Source of the DNA: Formosa sp. Hel1_33_131
GTDB lineage: Bacteria; Bacteroidota; Bacteroidia; Flavobacteriales; Flavobacteriaceae
DNA length: 32,000 bases
NCBI RefSeq assembly: GCF_001735745.1
Contig: NZ_CP017260.1
Location: 2,610,001 to 2,642,000 of the forward strand
Reading direction: 5' to 3'
The notes under the pieces were generated by a model, which was not told the origin of the DNA, made no database searches, and saw nothing but the letters and a program-made list of their open reading frames with translations. Made by a program: the position numbers and the translations under genes. Positions 23,832-32,000 of this stretch are shown here, in pieces (position 1 is the first letter of the stretch; each line of letters begins with the position of its first letter).

Positions 23832-25814
23832 TTAGGATATTTTCAATAAATCTTCTTTCATCTTCTTAACAAAAAAGGGTCTGTAAAGAAAAAATAAAGG
23901 AATTCCTAAAATGATGAACACGAATGAATTCGTCAAAAATTTGATGGATAATAATTTATAAAAATCAGATTGATTGGAAGTTGTTTTTTGAAAGACGACC
24001 ACAAAAAAGATAAGACTTAAAATGGCGATTCCATTCAGGATTTGACCCATAACTGGAATTCCGTTGTTGCTTAAAAAGGAGCCTCCAAAACCGAGGACGA
24101 TTGTGAGGATATTTAATACAAGTGCTAGTTTAGAATTTTCTTTAAAATCAATATAAAGACGCAATGCATTTTCATAATTCTGGTTGGATAAATCACCACC
24201 CATTTTAAGTTCGAGTTCACTAATACCTCGTGTATTCAGAATTTTTAAGGCTGTTTGTTTGTAATTTAAAGAGAGTCCAAACTGTCGAAAATTTTTCACA
24301 ATGTCAATCAATTTATGATTTTCAAAGTTGTCTAATTCAGACGTGTCTTCAGAAGTCAATTGTTGTACATCTACAATTTCACCATCTGATTTTGAGGTGA
24401 CTAAATGTTTTAAAGGAATCAAAACGCTATCAAAATCAATCAATGCACGGTCTTTTGTAGCCCGATTTGTTAGATAGATACTAAAGGGGAGTAAAATTAG
24501 AGACGATAGCCAAGCTGCTACAACGGGATCGACACTACTATCTTCAGAACTATTTTTGGCAAAAAGTCCAATAAAATGATACGTTAAAAATATAAGAATC
24601 GCAATGATCAATGGAAGTCCAATTCCTCCTTTTCGAATCAAGGCTCCCAAAGGGGCACCTACAAAAAACAGGATGATACAAGAGAGGCCCAAGGCAAATT
24701 TATCATGAAATGCCACTACGTGTTTATTGACAGTCACTAGTGAATCTAACATGGTTTTTGACTTCGCTGTTAAATCCTTTTTGGCTGTTTTAGTAGTATT
24801 CAATGCCAAATCGATCAATTGAATACTTTTTCGTTCTTCGTATAAGTTTAATATATCCACTGTTTCAGTGATAGAATCCAGCTCGCTTAGTTTGTAATTA
24901 AGGTTTAAAGTATGCTGATTGGTACGCTTTAGCATCGTTTCTGAAAACGTTGTTAAAATACCCTCTCTCTTAATGTTTAAAGAGTCAATAGCGGTCTTTA
25001 AATCCACAACATTTAACATCGTATGCTTTGTGATGGTTTCCTTACTTTCAAAATCAATATCGTTGAATTGAGACACGTCAATATTGATGATGTACTTTTC
25101 AAATGTACTTTTTACTTGGGGTCTGTTTTTGGTACGCGTTGTATAATCTTTAGACTGAATTTCATCATAATAATTCCCATCAAAGAGCACGAGCTGTAAT
25201 ATGTCCGACGTTTCGTCACTAATAAACTCACCCGTATTTGCTTTAATGACAGTGAAATTTCCTGTAAAGGTTCCTTTTTTCTGATGAATAATAACATCTT
25301 TTAAAAACTCCCCATTTTCACCACTTTTTTCAGCAACCTTAATATTTATATCGTTTAGTTGATTGAACTGACCTTCGGCAATGGCCATCGCAGGTTTTAC
25401 TTTGGCGATGTTGCGTCGAAGGCTGTAAAAATTAAATTCAGCAAACGGAATGACACTGTTTGCAAAGAAAAAACTAATCACCGCTAGAAATATTATAAAG
25501 ACACTCAAACTCTTCATGGCACGTTGCAGTGAAATCCCTGTAGATTTCATGGCTGCGAACTCATAGTTCTCAGAAAAGCCTCCAAAAACCATTATGGATG
25601 CTAATAGAATTGTGAGGGGTAACACCAAGACTACAATTCGAGGAGATACATAGAGTAAGAATTTAAGAACGATCTCAATTTCTAAATCTTTCCCAGCGAG
25701 TTCTGAGATATATACCCAAACAGATTGTAATATAAAAATCATCATCAGAATCGTGAATACACTGAAAAATGTTTTTAAATAGGTGGTGAGTATGTAGCGG
25801 TCTAAAATTTTCAA
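23832..25814 (-). CDS. LptF/LptG (YjgP/YjgQ) family permease with a C-terminal extension
   Basis: 660 aa. The family-typical N-terminus MKILDRYILTTYLKTFF uses a TTG start at 25814, with a stop 3 codons upstream in frame. It has 3 TM segments, a long periplasmic region and 3 more TM segments, then about 190 extra aa with further hydrophobic segments. Confidence 0.8.
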   Translation of the reverse strand: MKILDRYILTTYLKTFFSVFTILMMIFILQSVWVYISELAGKDLEIEIVLKFLLYVSPRIVVLVLPLTILLASIMVFGGFSENYEFAAMKSTGISLQRAMKSLSVFIIFLAVISFFFANSVIPFAEFNFYSLRRNIAKVKPAMAIAEGQFNQLNDINIKVAEKSGENGEFLKDVIIHQKKGTFTGNFTVIKANTGEFISDETSDILQLVLFDGNYYDEIQSKDYTTRTKNRPQVKSTFEKYIINIDVSQFNDIDFESKETITKHTMLNVVDLKTAIDSLNIKREGILTTFSETMLKRTNQHTLNLNYKLSELDSITETVDILNLYEERKSIQLIDLALNTTKTAKKDLTAKSKTMLDSLVTVNKHVVAFHDKFALGLSCIILFFVGAPLGALIRKGGIGLPLIIAILIFLTYHFIGLFAKNSSEDSSVDPVVAAWLSSLILLPFSIYLTNRATKDRALIDFDSVLIPLKHLVTSKSDGEIVDVQQLTSEDTSELDNFENHKLIDIVKNFRQFGLSLNYKQTALKILNTRGISELELKMGGDLSNQNYENALRLYIDFKENSKLALVLNILTIVLGFGGSFLSNNGIPVMGQILNGIAILSLIFFVVVFQKTTSNQSDFYKLLSIKFLTNSFVFIILGIPLFFLYRPFFVKKMKEDLLKIS

Positions 25815-25823
25815 AACGAAAGC

Positions 25824-26468
25824 TTAATCTAAATTATTGATAAAATAGTCACTGTATTTTGTAGCGTCAAACGTAAATAAAGTTTCAGACAAAGGTTGAT
25901 TGGTTTTAAAAGCATTGATAGTTAATGTTGTTTTTGTAGCGTTACTTCCAATCTCGATCAAATTATACACATGTTTGGTATTTGTATCGATGCCTAACAA
26001 TACATAGTTGATTTCCGTATTTGAATCGATGGGATCTAATTTGATGTATTGAATTTTACGACCTCTAATATTTTGAATAATATCCATTTTATAATTATAG
26101 CCTTCTTCATAAAATGAAAGCAATTGACTGGGAGTGATGGTATTTTCTTCTGCCGTATTTTGCTTAGAAATAGTCACTTCTTCATCTTCTGGACTGATGG
26201 TAATCAGTTTTTCACCGTCAAAAATTCTAGTGATTCCCAGAATATTCAATACATAGTTATCCCCCAACAAGGTGACATCGCCCCGTGTTTCTTGGTGAAT
26301 GTTTTCTTCGTTATTGTCCAAGACATATTTAAATTCCAATACCATATTGTCGTAGCCATTCACCTTAGCACTCACTTCGTCTAAGAGCGTTTGGGCTTCA
26401 GGATCTCGGTTTTGTGCTTGACACATACCGATGCTCATGGTTAATATTAATACTAATAAATTTTTCAT
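25824..26468 (-). CDS. lolA: outer-membrane lipoprotein carrier protein LolA-like
   Basis: 214 aa with a signal peptide. The call rests on size and position immediately downstream of ftsK (as in E. coli ftsK-lolA); the sequence-motif support is weak. Confidence 0.65.
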   Translation of the reverse strand: MKNLLVLILTMSIGMCQAQNRDPEAQTLLDEVSAKVNGYDNMVLEFKYVLDNNEENIHQETRGDVTLLGDNYVLNILGITRIFDGEKLITISPEDEEVTISKQNTAEENTITPSQLLSFYEEGYNYKMDIIQNIRGRKIQYIKLDPIDSNTEINYVLLGIDTNTKHVYNLIEIGSNATKTTLTINAFKTNQPLSETLFTFDATKYSDYFINNLD

Positions 26469-26561
26469 TTGTTTATACTTATTGCTTTTTAACGGTCAAA
26501 TGTTTTCGCTATTCATTATTCTATTGAGCAATGATTCTTTGGACACGCTCGGTTCATATTT

Positions 26562-28964
26562 TTATGTAATTTCTTGATCTAATAATTGATTTAGGGCTAG
26601 AAAGTCGGGGACAAGTACTTGCCGTGCTTTACTGCCTTCAAACGGGCCAACAATTCCAGCGGCTTCTAGTTGGTCAATCAATCGCCCAGCTCTGTTGTAT
26701 CCTAGTTTTAATTTACGTTGTAATAACGAAGCCGATCCTTGTTGAGCGGTTACAATCACTTCGGCAGCTTCTCTAAACAATTGATCTCTTTCGTTGATAT
26801 TGTTATCAAGACTTGTGCCAGACTCTTCACTCACGTATTCTGGTAACAAATAAGCACTCGGATAGGCTTTTTGAGATCCAATATAATCGGTTAGTTTTTC
26901 TACTTCTGGTGTATCTACAAAAGCACATTGAATACGGACCATATCGTTTCCTTGGGTGTATAATAAATCTCCACGTCCTATCAACTGATCCGCTCCTGAA
27001 CTGTCTAAAATGGTTCTAGAATCAATTTTTGAAGTCACTCTAAATGCAATACGCGCTGGGAAATTCGCTTTGATAATTCCTGTAATTACATTCACCGATG
27101 GGCGTTGAGTAGCTACAATCAAATGGATTCCAATCGCTCTGGCCAACTGTGCCAATCGGGCAATAGGCGTTTCAACTTCCTTACCAGCAGTCATAATTAA
27201 ATCGGCAAATTCATCAACGACCAAAACGATATAAGGCAAAAACTTATGCCCATCGTTCGGGTTCAGTTTTCGTGCCTTAAATTTTTCGTTGTATTCTTTA
27301 ATATTTCTACAAAACGCATTTTTAAGCATCTCATAACGATTGTCCATTTCAATACACAACGAGTTCAAAGTATTGATCACCTTGGTGTTATCAGTAATGA
27401 TGGCATCCTCACTATCAGGAAGTTTTGCTAAATAATGACGTTCAATTTTATTAAAAAGTGTCAGTTCTACTTTCTTTGGATCGACCAAAACAAACTTAAC
27501 CTCTGCGGGGTGTTTTTTGTACAATAAAGAGGTAAGAACTGCATTCAGTCCTACCGATTTTCCTTGACCAGTTGCACCCGCCATAAGTAGGTGAGGCATT
27601 TTAGCTAAATCCACGACAAAGGTTTCATTGCTAATTGTTTTTCCCAAAGCGATCGGAAGTTCCATTTCTGATTTTTGAAACTTCTGAGAGGCAATGACAG
27701 AATGCATAGATACAATCGTTGCATTTTTGTTTGGCACTTCAATACCAATTGTTCCTCGACCAGGAATTGGTGCAATAATTCGAATGCCCAATGCTGAAAG
27801 TGAAAGTGCAATATCGTCTTCTAAATTCTTTATTTTTGAGATACGCACTCCAGCTTCTGGAATGATTTCATATAATGTAACCGTTGGTCCAATCGTTGCT
27901 TTGATATTTGCAATCCCAATTTTATAATTGCTGAGCGTCTCAACAATTTTATTTTTATTTTCTTCTAGCTCTTCTTGATTGATGGTAATCCCTTCAGTAT
28001 CGTACTTTTTAAGTAAATCTAAAGAAGGAAATTTAAACTTTGATAACTCCAACGTAGGATCAACCTCCCCAAAGTCTTCCACTAATTTTGCAGCAAGGTT
28101 ATCGGTTTCAGACACCTCTTCAACACTGGCTTCAATTTTCATTTCTAAGGGCACTTCTTCTTGTTCTTCCTCTTCCTCGATACTGGGCTCTTCTGTAGGA
28201 GTATTCACTTCTAAAGTACTCGAAGAATCAATACTTGAATGGTTTGAAATTGTAGGTTCTAGGTTTTCTAAAGGAACTTCAAATGATGATTTTATAGGTT
28301 CATTTTCTTCAGTTCCGAGATCATCAACTAAAGAGTTAGAAGGTTGGTCTTCTTCAGATAATTCAGATTTAAGTTCGTTTTTAGTCCGTACAAAGAGGCG
28401 TGCAATTTGCTGTGGCCCGACCTTGAAACGCAAGGCGATGTACACAATAAAACAAAACAGCAATAATAGGGCAGTTCCTATTTTTCCTACATAGTCTTGT
28501 AGTAATATATTTAATTCAAATCCAATGACGCCTCCTAATTTTGGAGCCGTTTCAAATGCAAATCCAAATAACATAGATCCCCAAATAATCACAAGCGTTC
28601 CCCAGAACCAATTTCGCCATAAGCGTTTTTTGGAGGAGTTTGCCAATACTGAAATCCCGGATAGAAATAACAATCCAGAGAATATAAATGAAGAGATTCC
28701 AAATCCTTTGTATATAAGCAATTGACTGATCCAAGCACCTACTTTGCTAAGCCAGTTGTTGGTTTCTACAGTTCGGTTGGTGAAGTCGCCTAGAACACTT
28801 TGGTCACTTTCTCCCGTAAACAAATAGGAGAGGAGGGATATAAATAATAAGATTCCAAGAATTACTAAAAAACTCCCAAGCACCAATCGTTGAGAATTTG
28901 TGAGGGTGAAATTAAGTTTTGAGAACCGTTTTTGGGTAGTTTTAGTTGTTGATTTTCTAGCCAT
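26562..28964 (-). CDS. ftsK: DNA translocase FtsK/SpoIIIE
   Basis: 800 aa. N-terminal TM segments, acidic linker (EEEEEQEE), motor domain with Walker A GATGQGKS and Walker B LVVDEFADL, and a C-terminal gamma winged helix (LLQRKLKLGYNRAGRLIDQLE). Confidence 0.95.
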   Translation of the reverse strand: MARKSTTKTTQKRFSKLNFTLTNSQRLVLGSFLVILGILLFISLLSYLFTGESDQSVLGDFTNRTVETNNWLSKVGAWISQLLIYKGFGISSFIFSGLLFLSGISVLANSSKKRLWRNWFWGTLVIIWGSMLFGFAFETAPKLGGVIGFELNILLQDYVGKIGTALLLLFCFIVYIALRFKVGPQQIARLFVRTKNELKSELSEEDQPSNSLVDDLGTEENEPIKSSFEVPLENLEPTISNHSSIDSSSTLEVNTPTEEPSIEEEEEQEEVPLEMKIEASVEEVSETDNLAAKLVEDFGEVDPTLELSKFKFPSLDLLKKYDTEGITINQEELEENKNKIVETLSNYKIGIANIKATIGPTVTLYEIIPEAGVRISKIKNLEDDIALSLSALGIRIIAPIPGRGTIGIEVPNKNATIVSMHSVIASQKFQKSEMELPIALGKTISNETFVVDLAKMPHLLMAGATGQGKSVGLNAVLTSLLYKKHPAEVKFVLVDPKKVELTLFNKIERHYLAKLPDSEDAIITDNTKVINTLNSLCIEMDNRYEMLKNAFCRNIKEYNEKFKARKLNPNDGHKFLPYIVLVVDEFADLIMTAGKEVETPIARLAQLARAIGIHLIVATQRPSVNVITGIIKANFPARIAFRVTSKIDSRTILDSSGADQLIGRGDLLYTQGNDMVRIQCAFVDTPEVEKLTDYIGSQKAYPSAYLLPEYVSEESGTSLDNNINERDQLFREAAEVIVTAQQGSASLLQRKLKLGYNRAGRLIDQLEAAGIVGPFEGSKARQVLVPDFLALNQLLDQEIT

Positions 28965-28984
28965 TGCTCTTTCGGAGGTTTTAA

Positions 28985-28992
28985 CAAAAATA
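28985..28992 (-). promoter_or_regulatory. candidate -7 box TATTTTTG for ftsK
   Basis: The reverse strand matches TAnnTTTG 21 nt upstream of ATG 28964. Confidence 0.3.
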
Positions 28993-29077
28993 CAAATTAC
29001 TTGCGTTTATCCTATCAATGGACACTGTTTTGTTTTTAACAATATTTCACACCTAATTTATTTAAGGAATTGGTTTT

Positions 29078-29410
29078 TTATGGCTTGGGTTTTAAACGAT
29101 TCGATTGAATGATAAGAACCGTAACTCCAAATATAACGATCCCACAGATTACGTATAAATGTGTTTTTTCGTCGATGGTTAAAAGCGATAGAATCCCTTC
29201 AACAATGAGAACGCTGAGCCCTGTTAAGACTAAATACTTTCGGGCGACCTGCGTTAGTTTGTCCATGTCTATTTTCTCTTTTTCTTCTTTTGATAGGGTG
29301 TTGTAACCAGCAATCAAATCAGAGTTATTCTTAACAAGAATTCCTGTTAAAATTAAAATCATTCCAGTAATTAGACTTCCATAGATTATAATACAATAAT
29401 TAATTAGCAC
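29078..29410 (-). CDS. DUF3784-like small membrane protein
   Basis: 110 aa with a GTG start. The motif LIAGYNTLSKEEKEKIDMDKL sits between hydrophobic segments, as in DUF3784 proteins. Confidence 0.55.
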   Translation of the reverse strand: MLINYCIIIYGSLITGMILILTGILVKNNSDLIAGYNTLSKEEKEKIDMDKLTQVARKYLVLTGLSVLIVEGILSLLTIDEKTHLYVICGIVIFGVTVLIIQSNRLKPKP

Positions 29411-29453
29411 TCAAATTTAATAATTCAACTTCACAAAACTGTTTATATTTATG

Positions 29454-29461
29454 TAAATTTG
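29454..29461 (+). promoter_or_regulatory. candidate -7 box TAAATTTG for pdxH
   Basis: Matches TAnnTTTG 18 nt upstream of ATG 29479. Confidence 0.35.
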
Positions 29462-29478
29462 AGCTTGAATATTATATT

Positions 29479-30126
29479 ATGGAAAAAGACTTAGGGGACT
29501 ACCGCAAATCCTACGATAAAGGAGCACTATTAGAAACAGCTATTTCAGACAATCCGATGGAATTGTTTCAGAAGTGGTTTCATGAAGTGGATGCGCATTT
29601 CCATCAAGACGAAACCAATGCCATGACCATTTCAACACTCGGGTTGGATGGCTACCCTAAAAACAGAGTTGTACTGTTGAAGAAATATACTTTTGAAGGC
29701 TTTATTTTTTATACAAATTACGAAAGCGAAAAAGGAAAAGCAATCACTGCCAATCCAAATGTCTGTCTCTCGTTTCATTGGGCAGCTGCCGAACGTCAGG
29801 TGATTATTAAAGGAACTGCCGAAAAAATAGCGGATAATCTTAGTGACGGCTATTTTGAATCGCGACCGAAAGGAAGTCAATTGGGAGCAATTGCCTCAAA
29901 TCAAAGTTCTGTAATAGAGAATAGAGAAGTGTTGGAAACAAAATTAAAATCCTTAGAATCAGAATACGAAACCAAAGATATTCCCCGTCCTGAATTTTGG
30001 GGTGGATTTATGGTCAAGCCAATAGAAATTGAGTTTTGGCAGGGCAGAGCCAACCGACTTCATGACCGCATTCGTTACCAATTACAAGAAGACTATTCTT
30101 GGAAAATAGACCGTTTATCCCCTTAA
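29479..30126 (+). CDS. pdxH: pyridoxamine 5'-phosphate oxidase
   Basis: 215 aa. Motifs RVVLLK, EFWQGRANRLHDRIRY and a C-terminal W..DRLSP. Confidence 0.95.
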   Translation: MEKDLGDYRKSYDKGALLETAISDNPMELFQKWFHEVDAHFHQDETNAMTISTLGLDGYPKNRVVLLKKYTFEGFIFYTNYESEKGKAITANPNVCLSFHWAAAERQVIIKGTAEKIADNLSDGYFESRPKGSQLGAIASNQSSVIENREVLETKLKSLESEYETKDIPRPEFWGGFMVKPIEIEFWQGRANRLHDRIRYQLQEDYSWKIDRLSP

Positions 30127-30128
30127 AT

Positions 30129-30617
30129 ATGAAATCAATTGTTTTTATACGTCACGCAAAATCGTCCTGGAAATTCCGACTTGCAGACGAAAAGCGACCG
30201 CTCAATAAACGAGGGTTGTTTGATGCCGAATTTATGTCGTCTTTAGATATTGTAAAATCATTCCAACCCGATGCTGTGTTTTGTAGTACTGCGAAACGCA
30301 CCCGAGAAACCTGTGATTTTTTCTTAAAATATGCTGTATCTACAGAAACACAAGTGCATTATTCAGATCAGTTGTACGATTTTAGTGGGCCAGGTTTAGA
30401 AGCATTTATCAACACGATCGATGCGAGTGTATCGAACGTCTTTATTTTTGGTCATAACAACGCATTAACAGCCATTGTAAATACTAAAGGTGATCAGTAT
30501 ATAGAAAATATTCCTACCTGTGGAATTGTTAAAATTAATTTCAAAACCAACCGATGGAGTGAGTGTTCAAATGGGGTTGTGGAATATAAGTTATTTCCTA
30601 AAAATCTAAATCCTTAA
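30129..30617 (+). CDS. histidine phosphatase family protein (SixA-like)
   Basis: The track start at 30099 overlaps pdxH. The in-frame ATG at 30129 gives MKSIVFIRHAKS (RHG-type catalytic motif), and a later GHN motif is present. Confidence 0.75.
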   Translation: MKSIVFIRHAKSSWKFRLADEKRPLNKRGLFDAEFMSSLDIVKSFQPDAVFCSTAKRTRETCDFFLKYAVSTETQVHYSDQLYDFSGPGLEAFINTIDASVSNVFIFGHNNALTAIVNTKGDQYIENIPTCGIVKINFKTNRWSECSNGVVEYKLFPKNLNP

Positions 30618-30625
30618 AAGTAGAA

Positions 30626-31207
30626 CTACCCGTGAATGGATTCGGTGACGCTTAATGTTTTCATAATCTCTGCTTCGAATTCTAAGAGAGCCTCCCATTT
30701 TTGATCCACTTCTTTGCGCTCGCCATATTGTCTTGCAAATCCTAAAAATGAGCTGTAATGATTCGCTTCGCTAATCATTAATTTTCTGTAAAATTTAGCA
30801 AGTTTCTTATCTTCTAAATGTTCAGACAACAGTCGGAAGCGTTCACAGCTCCTGGCTTCAATCAACGCTGCCAAAAGTAAACGATGTACCAATTGTGTGG
30901 TGCGACTGCCTCCTTTTGGGAAAAACTGCAATAGTTTTGACACATAGGCATCTTTTCGATCGCGCCCTAAAGTGAAGCCACGCTCTAAGATGAGATCGTG
31001 CACCATTTTGAAATGACTCATTTCCTCTTCTACCAAAGCAATCATTTCTTGCACCAACTCCGTATATTCAGGGAAACTCACAATTAATGAAATGGCAGTA
31101 CTGGCCGCTTTTTGTTCACAAAAGGCATGGTCCGATAAAATTTCTTCTAAATTCTTTTCAGCGATGTTTACCCATCTCGGGTCTGACGGTAACTTTAGTC
31201 CAAGCAT
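30626..31207 (-). CDS. miaE: tRNA-(ms[2]io[6]A)-hydroxylase MiaE
   Basis: 193 aa. Four-helix diiron ligand motifs are present (CEQKAAS, EEEMSHF, IEARSCERF, SEANHY). Confidence 0.85.
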   Translation of the reverse strand: MLGLKLPSDPRWVNIAEKNLEEILSDHAFCEQKAASTAISLIVSFPEYTELVQEMIALVEEEMSHFKMVHDLILERGFTLGRDRKDAYVSKLLQFFPKGGSRTTQLVHRLLLAALIEARSCERFRLLSEHLEDKKLAKFYRKLMISEANHYSSFLGFARQYGERKEVDQKWEALLEFEAEIMKTLSVTESIHG

Positions 31208-31210
31208 AAA

Positions 31211-32000
31211 TTATAAATCTAAATCAAAGGTTTTACGTAAAAGCTCAACGTGTATGTTTTTCTCTACTAATTTTTGATACTTATCTTCTGGAGTGTATGC
31301 ATATTGTTTCTCCAGGGTTTCATTGACAATGATGTCTAACGAAATTGAGAAATTATTAACGGCTTTTCGTAAGTATTGTAACAACTCAAATTGCTGACGT
31401 TCCACTTCGATTTTATTGGTGGTATTTGGAAACTCCAATCGAATGGTATTTTCGTTGATGAGTTTTGGCGTATCAATCTGAAGAATTGCTGCTAAATTGT
31501 ATTTTCCGTCCGCTTCTAATTTCGTTACAAAAATATTCCAAAATTTGATAAGCGTTTCTAAGGTAAACGCATCGTTTGGCAGATCTTCTTCATCAACCGT
31601 GACTTCCATCAGTTTAATTTGGTGCTCCTTTTTCTTTCGAATGCTACTGAGCGACAGTCCAGAAGTGGGGCGTTGTGTGCTACTAATGACGGGGATGGGT
31701 AATTCCTTTTTAGGATAGGGAGTTTTTGGCTCCTCTACTTTTTCAGCAACCGCTGGAATTTCTTTCGCTGGGTATTTCGAAGGTTCTTGAGTTGGTGTTT
31801 CTGGAGCCACAACCGGTCGAGTGACTTTAACTTCAGGAATGTTATTGGATCTGAAGTAAGATGCGGGAATTATGAATCCGCTAGGCTTTTTTTTTTCTCC
31901 ATCAAAAGTGATAGAGGCAAGCTGCATGAGACAAAGTTCGACCAACAGTCGCTGGTTTTTACTCGTTTTATATTTCAGATCACAATCGTTTGCAAGTTCA
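31211..32000 (-). CDS. dnaX: DNA polymerase III subunit gamma/tau, C-terminal part (runs off the window)
   Basis: The reading frame is open upstream of the track's Met (…LANDCDLKYKTSKNQRLLVELCLMQLASI…, domain III-like), followed by a Pro/Glu-rich linker and a C-terminal domain. The true start lies beyond 32000. Confidence 0.7.
   Translation of the reverse strand, partial: ELANDCDLKYKTSKNQRLLVELCLMQLASITFDGEKKKPSGFIIPASYFRSNNIPEVKVTRPVVAPETPTQEPSKYPAKEIPAVAEKVEEPKTPYPKKELPIPVISSTQRPTSGLSLSSIRKKKEHQIKLMEVTVDEEDLPNDAFTLETLIKFWNIFVTKLEADGKYNLAAILQIDTPKLINENTIRLEFPNTTNKIEVERQQFELLQYLRKAVNNFSISLDIIVNETLEKQYAYTPEDKYQKLVEKNIHVELLRKTFDLDL

Noticed and set aside
27979-28494. 171-aa Ser-rich + strand ORF (and 23540-23869, 13861-14151)
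   Set aside because: These are antisense to the ftsK acidic linker, ribBA and rny respectively. Their low-complexity composition mirrors the Glu/Asp-rich sense strand.
29412-29419. TAAATTTG -7-box match on the - strand, 2 nt upstream of the DUF3784 GTG start
   Set aside because: A promoter here would exclude the GTG start and remove the first TM helix that the family needs. It is probably a chance match in AT-rich DNA, and I could not decide further.

Overview
Low-GC chromosome segment that looks like Flavobacteriia (Bacteroidota). Support: Bacteroidota-type TAnnTTTG -7 boxes upstream of several genes, TTG/GTG starts, and the conserved ftsK-lolA-lptF/G-ribBA and zapA-rny neighbourhoods. Most of the window (about 4955-32000) is ordinary core genome: Smr protein, cysteine desulfurase, TonB-dependent receptor, M23 peptidase, ZapA, RNase Y, XerD, DUF1684, GNAT, tRNA-Ser(UGA), nitroreductase, DegT aminotransferase, RibBA, LptF/G permease, LolA, FtsK, PdxH, SixA-like phosphatase, MiaE and the 3' end of dnaX. 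The clear accessory element is at the left edge (1 to about 4950). It is the regulatory/transposition end of a Mu-like transposable prophage: an outward-facing HTH+S24 (LexA/CI-like) repressor, a divergent Ner/Cro-like gene, a MuA-like DDE transposase, a MuB-like HTH+AAA+ ATPase and a RecA-superfamily ATPase that runs off the window. A 558-bp non-coding, repeat-dense junction separates it from the first host gene. Other items worth a second look: a roughly 160-nt RNA-like structure with a 27-bp interrupted closing helix and U-tract between zapA and rny (6S-like RNA or rny leader); a perfect 14-bp inverted repeat in a 421-bp gene-free gap beside xerD; and a degenerate duplicate of the tRNA-Ser 3' end. 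All functional calls come from reading motifs in the supplied translations. No database search was run.
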